A DNA stretch of 63,227 nucleotides, filler included, from Salisapilia sapeloensis CBS 127946 (taxonomy: Eukaryota > Protista > Oomycota): NCBI GenBank assembly GCA_023334545.1. It is 9 parts of 9 records of this genome, joined end to end, with 100 filler letters (N's around TTAATTAATTAA, not from the genome) between each part and the next. Parts side by side here need not be neighbours in the genome. Positions count along the whole stretch, not along the records: positions 17,351 to 30,288 come from JAADVB010000401.1; positions 30,389 to 34,215 come from JAADVB010000719.1; 7 more parts are not named here. One strand, written 5' to 3'. Below are positions 21,485 to 32,178 of the stretch, piece by piece. Made by a program: the position numbers and the translations under genes. The notes beneath the pieces are model-generated. The model did no database searches, was not told where the DNA came from, and saw nothing but the letters and a program-made list of their open reading frames with translations. The number at the start of each line of letters is the position of its first letter. Position 1 is the stretch's first letter.

Positions 21485-24458
21485 TTATGCTTTTTCGTGT
21501 TTCTTGGCGTCGGCCGAGCGCCGCCTCTTGGCAAAACCTTTCGCAGCCACGGCCTGCAACGCTGCGCGGTGTCTTCCACCACTCCTCCACCACTTTCGCA
21601 CTTCGTCACAGACGAGGACGCTGGAGGCAATGGTGCAAATGTACGCGAGATCTCCTAGTGACAGCGCTTCGGTGTGGAAAACGGACTGGAGCGGTGGGAA
21701 ATAGATGACGAGCAATTGTCCGAGAATGGAGGCTCCGACGGCAAAGGCGAAGAACGTGTTGGACAGCAAACCGATCGAGAAGACGGATTTGTCAGACGAT
21801 CGGCACGAGAGCGCATTGAACATATCGAACATGACGAACGTCGTAAAGCTCATGGTGCGGTCGCGACTGCTAACTGTACCGTCGTCCGCCAGCTCCTTGT
21901 AAAAGACAAAGAGCGTGCCACACACGATGAAGCACGCCGAGGTCAGCACTCGTCGCAGCATGACGCGCGTGATGATATTCGTGTCTTTCGCGCGTGGCCC
22001 TTCCTTCATCACGTCGTGGTCGACAGGTTCGACGCCGAGACTTTGTGCCGGAGGACCATCCATGATGATATTGATCCACAGGATTTGCATCGCGTTGAGT
22101 GGAGACGGCAGATTAAACAGTGTCGAGAAGGCGATGAGTGAAAGTGCCGAGATGCTCGTACTGAGTTGGAAGCGCAGAAAGTGCTTTAGGTTGTGGTAGA
22201 TGGACTTGCCTTCTTCCATGGCGCACACGATCGTGGCAAAGTTGTCGTCTAGTAGAATCATATCCGACGCCTCCTTCGACACGTCCGTGCCACTCGTACC
22301 CATCGCGATACCAATGTCAGCGGCTTTCAACGACGGCGCATCGTTCACGCCATCTCCAGTCATGGCGACTTGCAGGCCAGCCTCTTGGAACGCACGCACG
22401 ATCTTCAGCTTGTCTCTCGGCCGCGTCCGATAGAAGACATGGGTGTTCAAGATGCGTTTCTCCAGTTCTTCCATACCCATCGTCTCCAGCTGAGTGCCGG
22501 ACACGGCGAGGTCTTCCGCCTCACTCCATTGGCTCTCGTCGATGATACCGACTTTACCGGCAATCGCCAGCGCCGTCTCTTTCGAGTCGCCCGTAAGCAT
22601 GACAGTCTTCACGTTACATGCGGCGAGCTCCTGTACCGACTTAGCGACCTCGGGGCGTGGAGGATCTGCCAGGCCAACGAGACCACTGAATGCCATACCG
22701 CCTTCAATCTCGTCACCGAACGCCAGCGCCAACACGCGTAGACCTCTCGTGGCCATCCGCAGTGACTCGTCTGTGACCCGCCGCTTGTCGTCTGCTGTGA
22801 GTGCGCGCAATTGACCAGTGTTGTCTTCCAGCAAATCGCACCGAGCAAGAATGGCTTCTGTCATGCCCTTCGCGTACCATGTCCGCGCGCCGTCCTTATC
22901 GCAGCAGACTGCCATCCACTTCTTCTCCGAGGAGAAAGGAATCTCGTCTACGCGTTGGAAGCCCGTCAAATGACCGGCCGTGATGCCGCTCTTATGTGCG
23001 CAGAGCAAGACGGCGCCTTCGGTGGCTTGGCCGAGCACCTCGCCGTTGACGATAGAGGCGTTATTGCAGAGGGCGCCTGTCAGCAGGCAGTGGTAGACGT
23101 GCGGGTGGGAGCTTTCGGTGACACCTTGCTGATCAATCGTCACGTGTGGCGTCTTTTTATCGGCATACACGTCCTCAGACGTTGTCTTCCGCTGTCCGAT
23201 GTTGTTCACTTGCGCGTATTTTGCCTGGAACGGAACAAAAACTTCCGTCACCTCCATTTGGTTGGTGGTCACGGTCCCTGTTTTATCGACGCACACGACA
23301 TTGATGCATCCGAGAGCTTCGACTGCCGGCAGCTTCTTCACGACAGCGTGGCGTTTAGCCATCTTCATCACGCCAAAGGCCAGCGTCACTGTGACGCAAA
23401 TAGGGAGACCTTCCGGGATGGCAGCGACAGCGAGCGACACGCCGATCTGTACCATGGACAGCAACCCTTTGCCCTGGATGACGCCGATGAGCACGATGAC
23501 GACGATAATGCCGATCGAAAAGACAGACAAGTGCTTGCCGAGCGTGTCCATGTTGGCCTGCAGTGGCGTCTTGCGCTCCTCAACTCGGTGCATCGTGTCG
23601 AAGACGAGACCAAATTCCGTGCGCGAGCCTGTACCATACACAACAGCTCGGCCCCTCCCAGAGCGGACCAGCGTGCCCATGTACACAATGTTCTTACGCT
23701 CCGCCACTGGATGCTTGTGTGCGTCGACGATCGGTAGTGTGTGTTTGGCCACTGGATGCGTTTCTCCAGTCAGGTTGGACTCATCCACTTCCAGTTCAGC
23801 GGCTTCGATGAGTCGCGCATCGGCCGGGATACGGTCTCCGACGCTGATGACGATGACATCGCCAGGCACGAGATCTCGAGCGTAGATGTCTTGTACTTCT
23901 CCATCGCGGAGACAGTGGCAACGAGGCGGCACGAGCTCCTTGAGTGCCTCGAGTGTCTTTTCTGAGCGGTATTCCTGCACGAATGCGACGGTGACGACGA
24001 TCGAGATGGCGACACCGATGGAAACGGCGTCGTCTGTATGACCCATGAGCACACTCACAGCGCCGGACCCGAGTAAGAGTAGAATCAGTGGGTCTTTGAA
24101 CTGTCCGAGGAACTTGCTGAGCATCGATTCCTGTGGTACAGCAGTTAGCGCGATCATTAGACCGTAGACAAGTGTCGAATAAAGCTACCTCGTCTTCTGA
24201 CGTGAGTTCATTATGCCCATGCTCTTGCAGTCGGTGCTCCACGCTATCTGAGCTCAGTCCTTTTGACGGATCTACTTCCAGATCTAGAGCAAGCTCATCA
24301 AGTGCACGGGAGGAGGCACGCAGGCGGAAGGTGGAAGGTTCCGAGTCGCTCAAGGACGCCGTGTCCGCACCTCCCGAGGACGAGAGAAGATGGGCACCAT
24401 CTTCCTCTGTCGGTTCGCCGGCATTGATGTCGATTTCAACGTTATTCGGGGACTCCAT
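21485..24458 (-). CDS. PMR1: Secretory-pathway Ca2+/Mn2+ P-type ATPase (SPCA/PMR1), 2 exons
   Basis: Exons 24458-24189 and 24130-21485. Motifs: DESNLTGE, VAAIPEGLP, DKTGT, MLTGD, TGDGVND, QILWINIIMDGPPAQSLGVE. Confidence 0.92.
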
Positions 24459-24639
24459 GCTACGTAGGAGGATCCACTGTCGTCCGTAAGGTACACTGCG
24501 ATCGGTCGATGAGCTCCTTGCTCGTAGGCTAGATGGCGCGAAGATGATTTTGCACCAATGACAACGCATAAATCAAAATAACAACCAATGACACGGAATG
24601 AGATCAGGAAAGGCTGCAGCGTTCTTATTCCCGTGACGA

Positions 24640-25320
24640 CTACTGCGTGAACCCGAGACTGCGCATGGTCTCCCAGTCGCTAGCAGACGCGAGCTTCTGC
24701 GCAAAGGCAGTCAGCTGGCGTTCGTCCTCGGCGGAAAAGCCGTGGGTGCGAGGGCAGTCAAGATCGAGCACGGCGAGTACCTGGCCTTGGTCGTCCAGAA
24801 TGGGCACGACGATCTCAGATTGAGAAGCATCGTCACAGGCGATGTGGCCTGGGAAGTCGTGGACGTCCGGGATGCGTTGCGTCTCCTTCGTTCGGGCAGC
24901 AGCTCCGCACACACCGTTCATGAGGCGAATGCGCGTGCAAGCAGGTTTGCCCATAAACGGACCGAGGATGAGGATCTCCGAGAATTTGTCCGACTCCTTC
25001 GGGTTCACGAGCGGACGTAAGAAGTAGACTCCTGCCCAGTTGAGAGGACGGTTGGCAGCTTGAAACGCGTTCCAGACAATCGAGGACGCATTCGCGGCGT
25101 TTGCCACGACATCGCGCTGGCCGGTCGTGTACGCGTTGAGATCCATCATGGCGTCCGAGTAGTCCACCGGATGCAGGAAGTTGAGCACGTCCTTCGCCGA
25201 TGGGCAGTCTATGTCATTGTAACGTGAATAAAGGTTGAGATATGCATGTAAAGGAAGCGGACCTGGGGTCCACCCGATGACTGCGGCAAGTTGCTCAATC
25301 TTCGATTCAAGACTGTCCAT
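24640..25320 (-). CDS. GAF-domain free methionine-R-sulfoxide reductase (fRMsr/MsrC-like); possible extra 5' exon at 25592-25452
   Basis: NWAGVYF, LGPFMGKPACTRI, GVCGAAA, DVHDFPGHIACD..SQSEIVVP and LDLD are the fRMsr signature segments. Confidence 0.88.
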   Translation of the reverse strand: MDSLESKIEQLAAVIGWTPGPLPLHAYLNLYSRYNDIDCPSAKDVLNFLHPVDYSDAMMDLNAYTTGQRDVVANAANASSIVWNAFQAANRPLNWAGVYFLRPLVNPKESDKFSEILILGPFMGKPACTRIRLMNGVCGAAARTKETQRIPDVHDFPGHIACDDASQSEIVVPILDDQGQVLAVLDLDCPRTHGFSAEDERQLTAFAQKLASASDWETMRSLGFTQ

Positions 25321-26409
25321 GTCCGTAATGCAGGCTTGCTGATCGCCGTTTTTGAAGATCAGGAATGCATTTTCGTTTCCAGTGCAGCCTAGTACGATCT
25401 ACCGACGTGCGTCATTGACATTGCTACATTCCTTTTTTCCTAGATCCCTACCAGCTCCGGCCGTCCGTCGAGGAAGAAGCTGATCGGCTTTACAAGAGCT
25501 TCTGACCCTTGCTCGCTAGTTGACTGCACGAGCAGCACCGTCTTGCCGTCCTTGGCTCTCGCCTTCGCGTCTACGCTATCGCTTCGCTCCATTGTTGATA
25601 GATGGTATTCTGTAGAGGATAGTGGCACTCGATATAGAAAAAGTGAGTCTTGACTGTCTGAAAAACCTGCGTGAACAATAATCAAAATAATGTAGACTGT
25701 GTTCGTCCAGCGGAGACCCGGGGCTTCTACCAGGCGTATCCGGCCTTGTGAATGCGAGCACCTTTTCAATGGAGTTGGTACAATGCCTTCTGAATCGGAC
25801 TTTTAAAAATAGACAAATAAGGCAGGCTATGGAAAGATATCTTCACTTCTAGATTTCCATGTCCTTGAATAGTTCTCTAGCTGGTGCGATTCTTTTATTA
25901 ATCATGTTACAGTGAGCATGAAAAAGGAAACGTCAACTGCAAGAGAGGAAAAAGTACGAGAGGCAAACTGAACAAAGATAGGAAGCGTCATCTTCATCGG
26001 CACTATCCATCACTTACTTTCGTATTCAAAACATGAAGGGAAGCTTGTATTGAAGCGATATGAAAGCAGCTTCATGACATGCAGCTAATCAAATATCCAA
26101 TTGTCAGCGAATGAAGAGTAGACCGATGTTCCGAAAGCTGTACGCGAGTGTGCATACCGACTCGAGAGAATACTATTCCAGCCAAAGCTGAAAACTTGAG
26201 CAAGGAAATGCGATAGGCGATGCATTTTTCGTCCCGTTCTGGCCATCGAGGAAGCAAAAAAGTCCCAAACGAGCCAATGAGCGTACCACAACCCTAGCCC
26301 ACCACTTCAAGATATATATTTGTCTTAAACGACATACAAAGGTCATGATGTTTATGGCTGAAATGAACGCCATTCGTCAGTATCGGCCACGCAATCCCAG
26401 AGAACGAGT

Positions 26410-27423
26410 ATGGGAGCGACTTCGAGTCACATAGCGGAGCCCACGCCGGCGCGCAGCAACAGGCGCCAGGCATTCAATGTGCTTGCAACGAGTGCCGCAG
26501 ACCCTGTGAAGCCTCAGGTGAAAGAAGAGGAAGAGGAACTACCAGTGTTTGTGCAGCAAATGCAGGAAATCGAACGTGAGCGATCGATGCTTCCGAATCC
26601 AGGTTTATATGAAAGTGCGCCGAACGAGCTTAAGCCGCCCGTGTCGCCGGATGCCTTCGACGGCTTCCGATTCGACTTTACGCGTATCATGGGCCAAAAG
26701 TTTTCCACCTCGCACTCGTTTTTGCTCGGCAGCCCGATGATCCCGGGCGGTATCTACCAGTTCGGCGCCAACGTCGTATGTGGCGATGCAGCAGACCCGT
26801 CCACTTTTTTGATGAGCAAGTTGACGCCGGACGGGTTCTTGGACGCCCGTTGGAACCAGAACCTAAGTGACCGATGGAAGATGCGACACAAGGCGCAGCT
26901 CAAGCCGGAAGAGCACGGCAGCCAGGTCGTGTCGGACTTTGACTACAACGGAGACGACTTCACGTGGAACATGAAGCTGTCGAACGGACCGCTGGTGGGC
27001 GTCTCGTACTTGCAGAGCATCACGCCACACTTGGCCATGGGAGGCGAAGCGTACTACCACGGCAAGCACCGACGTGTCATCTCGGCCTACTGCGCTAAGT
27101 ACTCGACGGACGACTGGGTTGGCATGGCGACTGTCGGCACGGTCGGCACGTTGCAGCTACAGTACTTGCGCAAGCTAGGCACGCGCATTCGTTATGGGTC
27201 AGAGCTGGTGTACAACCATGCTTCTGGCGAAAGTCAGGCAACGGTAGGAGCGGAGTTGGACTTGGGCGGCACGCACATCGTGTCGAGTCTGGACCAGACA
27301 GGTCGCGTGGCATCCAGCGTCGATGCGCGCGTGCTGCCGAACTTTACCTTGTCGTTGTCGGCCGAGGCGTACCCGCTGAAAGATGAGTTCAAATTCGGCT
27401 ACGGCGCCCAGATCCAGTTCTGA
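26410..27423 (+). CDS. TOM40: Mitochondrial import channel Tom40
   Basis: 337 aa with LPNPGLYE, FDGFRFDF, FSTSHSF and YQFGANV, an amphipathic beta-strand pattern, and a C-terminal KFGYGAQIQF beta-signal. Confidence 0.92.
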   Translation: MGATSSHIAEPTPARSNRRQAFNVLATSAADPVKPQVKEEEEELPVFVQQMQEIERERSMLPNPGLYESAPNELKPPVSPDAFDGFRFDFTRIMGQKFSTSHSFLLGSPMIPGGIYQFGANVVCGDAADPSTFLMSKLTPDGFLDARWNQNLSDRWKMRHKAQLKPEEHGSQVVSDFDYNGDDFTWNMKLSNGPLVGVSYLQSITPHLAMGGEAYYHGKHRRVISAYCAKYSTDDWVGMATVGTVGTLQLQYLRKLGTRIRYGSELVYNHASGESQATVGAELDLGGTHIVSSLDQTGRVASSVDARVLPNFTLSLSAEAYPLKDEFKFGYGAQIQF

Positions 27424-27495
27424 GCGTCCTTTATAGAGGAACGGTCGGGAAAGATAACAAGGAAAAAGTTTGCTTTTAGCACGTCGTAGTTTTGT

Positions 27496-28406
27496 TTAAA
27501 AGGGCCAGTCCGCAGCAGGCTTGGACGAGGCGGGGCGACGGGACGGCTGACTCGTCGAGTCGTCAGCAGTTCTGTTGCTGGCGTCAGTACAAGAGTGTAG
27601 ATGGAAAAGGTAGAAGCGTACGGTTCGACGTCCAGGACGGAGTGGAAGCCGTAGAGGCGTGGTAGAGCGTAGACGAAGAGCTCTCGTAGCGCTCGGCTTT
27701 CACCCAAGTCGATGATGGAGGCGGCAGACGTGCCGTCTTCCGTCAGGCGGAAGAGCACACAAGGCTGACCGTCGGCTCCTTGCGTCTGCTCTATCTCGAG
27801 CTGCTTGGCGCGACCCGTCTCGGTCGCAGCGTTCATGTTGGGCGAGTGGTTGAGCGTCAACGACGGCACGCGACGATCTAGCAGTTCTAGCACGAGTCCA
27901 ACCTCGGATGGGCTGAGACTGAAGAACTAGAGTCCAAATTAGACTATCTTTTGACTTTATGGTGCAAGCTGCCAAGTGCATACCATTTTCTTGTTGTAGT
28001 CATACCCACTGTTCGTCGCTTTCGCCCACGACAGCATCATGCCGCCCTATAATGCATAGTGAGTACAGAGTTGCGACAGTGTCATTTGTGATTCATACGA
28101 GTCGTTTTGTCTTGAGGTAGTTGCCGCTGTTAGCTGTGGCGTATTGGGGCGCATTCGGGAGCACCTACTCGGACATGACGTACAAAGTGAGGATGAGCGA
28201 GTTTACGTGCATCTCGTGACCGTACTTGAAACGCAGAGTCACTGCCGTAGACGCTAAAATTCGGAAAGACACGAGTAGCTATTTGCATATGGATTGTAAG
28301 TCGTCTTACTGACGGGTCAGTGTGGAACGTAGCAAGTACCAAACGCTCGTGCTGCTGACCCAGCAGCCATTGTCGGTCGACGCGCGCCTAGAGTACGCAA
28401 CAACAT
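27496..28406 (-). CDS. Whirly-family ssDNA-binding protein with a mitochondrial-type presequence, 6 exons, 209 aa
   Basis: Exons 28406-28340, 28278-28226, 28164-28099, 28046-27984, 27926-27622 and 27571-27496 (630 nt); all five introns are GT-AG, 50-61 nt and phase-consistent. Product motifs RVFPNFSVY, APQY..NSG, YDYNKKMFFSLSPSEVG, NHSPN and GESRALRELFVYALPRLYGFH are collinear with recalled plant Whirly motifs. Confidence 0.85.
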
Positions 28407-29807
28407 GCTTTGGCTCGCTTCGTGTTTCGATTCGATTTGCCAGGTTGCAAAGCAGCTACCAGATAGCCAATCAGCTAAACAGCCACCCATGCGTTTCCAG
28501 TATTTTGACCTGTGGTCGACATACCACGCCTCGATTGTTGTGGTAATTTCTCTCTGGTCGATTCTGATCAACTGTATTCGAGGAATGGGTCATGGACAGG
28601 AGTATACGATCTTCAATGCAAGATGAGCTTGTATTTGCCAGACATACTGGAGTAGTACTTGTCATCGATTTACTGCACACTGCACAATTTACATGCTTGT
28701 AGTCTTTTTGTGATCTTTTCTTGGGTTATGTTCGGCCGCGATCAGATTCAATTCTGATGGAAGATGGCCCGAAATAATCTTCTTCTCTACCCTCACTTCC
28801 CAATTTAGTATACATCGAGCAGTTCGACCATTCTTGACTTTTTGATCAAATGCAAATAGAGGAGTGTGAAGCTTGCAGGACCATTAGCCTTTGACTTAAC
28901 AGCGCAAACGCCACGCAGCACTGATTGTGGTCTGCTATCTGAGACAGAATGAATGCGGTGCATTCAAATCGGTCGACAATCGTTGCCGTGGCGAGCATGT
29001 GTAGACACGTAGCGCACGATCCGGAGCGGACTTTGCTACTAGGATATGAATATACGATATCTCCTCGAGTGGATAGCGAGCTGCAACAATGTACGTACCA
29101 ATCCTGCCAGTGAAGTAGGTTCTATGCTTTAAGGTCGGAGATTGCTGGTAACTTCCGATTGAGGCTGCTTCGTCTTCCCGGCACGCACTCCACTCAACCC
29201 AATGGCTTCTGGTCCTGTCTGCGGTGGCTTCGTTCTGCACGCATCATGCTGTGAAACGCTTGAACAAAAACACTCTCGGTGTTCCGTGGAGAAGCTATCG
29301 GAAATAAAGAATAGTAGTCTGGAGCGGATGCTCAATGTTGGAAGTAGAATGGGACTCTATGGAGGTAGAGCAGCTGCGGAAGAAAACCTGCCATCCAACA
29401 TCCGATAGCAGAGGTGGCCAGATACCTTTGTTTATGTAGGAGAAATCTGGAGCCAGAAGCGGGTTGTCGCCTCGTCTGCCCAGGCAAGTGAGCAGCAACC
29501 ATTCGTTGTTGGAGAAACCTCACTCCGATCCTCATGCGCCTCCCGACGCTGCCATTGCCAAGTCATGTTCACCCTATAATCATAATCAAGCTCCGGCAGC
29601 ATTTCCATCCTACTTTATATTGTCTCCTTTGGCTCAGCTGAAGTCCTGATATGGTATCTTTATCAACCACCTGTTTTCGCTCATCAAGATGACAGCTCCC
29701 TCTCGCGTGCTCATTTCCAGATCAGCGTGCTACGCGGCAAAGTTTCTCCGGATCTAACTAAGAAAAAGTAGTGTTAAGTGGAGTAGTGTCTTCGTAGTGG
29801 TATAAAC

Positions 29808-30288
29808 ATGGGAAACGGAGAATCGACGCAAGGAGCTGCTGAAAGAGGTCATCGCGAGGGCCAGGATCAGCAGCAGTATGAGAGCTCAGTTGATGTCAGT
29901 GTTAGCCCTCCAGTGGCAACACCGGCAACGGAAATGCAGGAAGGAGAAAAAAAGAGTGAGGCAGTGGCGACTGCAAAGGGATCGGAACCGGAACTGGAAC
30001 CTGGTGCTACCACCACGGTAGCCACGACCTCTTCCACCAGTTCCATGTCGACAGCGCTACCTGCGCAGCAAACCGCTTCAAAGCAGTCAGTCACGAAAAC
30101 AACTTACACGACGACTGTGACTACAACTACCGTCACAACAAACGCGACTGCGACTCGCCATAAGGTGATGCGTTCGTCGTTGGACTCGGAGGTCGTGTAC
30201 AGCGGCTATGCTCCTGTGAGCGTGACGGACAGTGCGAAGGTGAAGCGTTGTGAGCACGGAAGCAAGCGTGATGTGGAGGCAGACTCTA
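29808..30288 (+). CDS. 5' fragment of a low-complexity Thr-rich protein with an N-myristoylation-like start
   Basis: The ATG ORF starting MGNGES is Thr/Ser/Ala-rich and stays open into the spacer. Confidence 0.6.
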
Positions 30289-30388
30289 NNNNNNNNNNNN
30301 NNNNNNNNNNNNNNNNNNNNNNNNNNNNNNNNTTAATTAATTAANNNNNNNNNNNNNNNNNNNNNNNNNNNNNNNNNNNNNNNNNNNN
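30289..30388. other. Artificial contig spacer
   Basis: 44 N + TTAATTAATTAA + 44 N. Confidence 0.98.
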
Positions 30389-30529
30389 TAGTCTTCCTCT
30401 CCAGAGCGACTTCGGTGATGCCTCTAACGCGTACGTGTGGAACTAGGTGGTTTCGCTGGACTAATATCGGCTCTGACTGGCGTTGGTGGTGGCATCATTC
30501 TCATACCTGTACGTTTTCAATTTACTCAT
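30389..30529 (+). repeat. 141-bp perfect inverted repeat, left copy (partner 34075..34215)
   Basis: Base-for-base reverse complement of the other contig end. It covers an intron tail, a 62-nt exon (30447-30508) and 21 nt of the next intron. Confidence 0.95.
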
Positions 30530-31350
30530 ATTTTCTAAGTGCAACCGTGATGCCTAAAGTTCCCACAATCGATATCGTGTAGGCTCTTGCACGACTTACA
30601 TCGCTCACACAGCAAACTATCAATGGTACATCTCACGGCGCAACAGTGTTTAGTGCCTGCATCGGTGCGAACAACTACTATGAAAAGAATCATTGTAATT
30701 GGCCTCTTGCAGCGCTCATGACGGGACCTGCCATCCTATGTAGTAAACTTGGCGTCCAAGCAGCTCAAAAGATGAGTAGCAAAAAACTTTCTTTCATCGT
30801 AGGTGTAGCGATGCTCGCGTGTGCTCCTTTAGTCTACTTGAAAAACAATGAATACCTTCAAAAGCGGCGAAGTGAGATCGTACGAGATAAGCTAGACATT
30901 ACATTCTTTACATCAGATACCAAAGGAAGTCATCGACAAGAGGGTGCTGTGGATTGGAAAGATCTGAAAGAGAACAAACTAGAAACACTAAGAGCCAACG
31001 CAAAGTACCTCGTAGCTGGAGCTGGGGCGGGGTTTGTTAGCGGTTTATGTGGAATGGGTGGTGGAATGCTACTATCGGCGTATTTAACAGCAGCGAGCGA
31101 TATGCCTCAGGAAGCAGTCATCGGAACGTCCTTATTGTCCATCGTGCCAACAGCAGGAGCGAGTGCACTTTACAACATCAAAGCCAAGGCATTCCACTTA
31201 CCGACGGCTGTGACTCTTGGAGGTGCGTTGGTGGTGTCCATGTACGCTACTTCCAAGTTTGTGACGCACCAAATTCCAGATGAACATCTTCGCGGTGTAT
31301 TGTCAGGCACATTAATGTTAGCTGGAATTAGCCTTATCCTCAGAGGCTGA
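30447..31350 (+). CDS. TauE/SafE (DUF81) sulfite-exporter family membrane protein, copy 1 (5'-truncated)
   Basis: Exons 30447-30508 and 30583-31350. It has the two family GGG repeats, GGFAGLISALTGVGGGIILIP and AGFVSGLCGMGGG, plus GTSL motifs. Confidence 0.85.
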
Positions 31351-31413
31351 ATCTGCTTCGAAAGCTGATGATGGTTGTATGTGATATGAATAAATAGTTT
31401 TAAATGCTTTCGT

Positions 31414-32178
31414 TTACATAAATCCACATCCTTTTAAAAGATAGTATTTTGCCTTGAGGTAGTTATGTGGTCGTTCTTTCGCCAAAGCTTCTCGAGCAGC
31501 GTCGATGCGGTTCCGCTCTTCTCGTAATTGCAATACCTCGTCATCTTTGACGTAAAGCATCCTTTCGACGTCCTTGTTCACCTCTATCAGCTCATCCACT
31601 TCTTTCTTATGCCTCGCTTTCAAGTCACATAGCCACTTGATGAGATAAATATTCCCTCGAATACCCTCAGGGAAGTCATCATTTAATTCCTTGTTCTCAC
31701 CTGTATCGCAGACAACCAGAGAAGCACATGCACGTAAGGAGTGTGGTAAAGTGGTGAGATAGTTGTGGGCAAGATAGAGCTCTTTCAATTGCTCCAAAGT
31801 GCCTAGTTTCTCAGGAAGTTGGTTTAGTTCGTTATGTGATACATCTAACAGCTCCAGCTCATGGCAATGAACAACTTCCGCTGGTATTTCTGTCAGAAGG
31901 TTGTGAGACAGTTGTAATTTGCGTAGATGAGTCAGAAGCCTGATAGATGGTGGTAAGGATGGCAAGCGATTGTAACTCAAGTCTAGTTCTCGAAGGAGGT
32001 ACAAATTACCAATGTCAGAAGATAGGCTGTTGATCTGGTTGTACGATGCATTGAGCACTAGGAGTGAATGGGAAAAACTGTAGACAATTGGGTCTAGTGT
32101 AACCCAATGTTGGTTGGATAAATCAAGCAGTCCGTTTGCGTCCGGATGAAGTGATTCTTCGAATAGAGCGACTTCCAT
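31414..32178 (-). CDS. Leucine-rich repeat protein with a C-terminal coiled-coil (start may be 32178 or 32307)
   Basis: About six LxxLxLSxNxLxxLP repeats, then a charged helical tail ending CGFM. Confidence 0.85.
   Translation of the reverse strand: MEVALFEESLHPDANGLLDLSNQHWVTLDPIVYSFSHSLLVLNASYNQINSLSSDIGNLYLLRELDLSYNRLPSLPPSIRLLTHLRKLQLSHNLLTEIPAEVVHCHELELLDVSHNELNQLPEKLGTLEQLKELYLAHNYLTTLPHSLRACASLVVCDTGENKELNDDFPEGIRGNIYLIKWLCDLKARHKKEVDELIEVNKDVERMLYVKDDEVLQLREERNRIDAAREALAKERPHNYLKAKYYLLKGCGFM

Noticed and set aside
23796-24569. 257-aa ORF as a separate gene
   Set aside because: It contains PMR1 exon 1 read through the intron into another frame.
27399-27893. 164-aa ORF overlapping the TOM40 stop
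   Set aside because: Better explained as Whirly exon 5 plus an unspliced intron; the spliced model ends at 27496 with no overlap.
28430-29720. Several short minus-strand ORFs upstream of Whirly (e.g. VNCAVCSK, HWVEWS)
   Set aside because: I could not build a consistent exon chain or recognise a family. A gene may exist but is unsupported.
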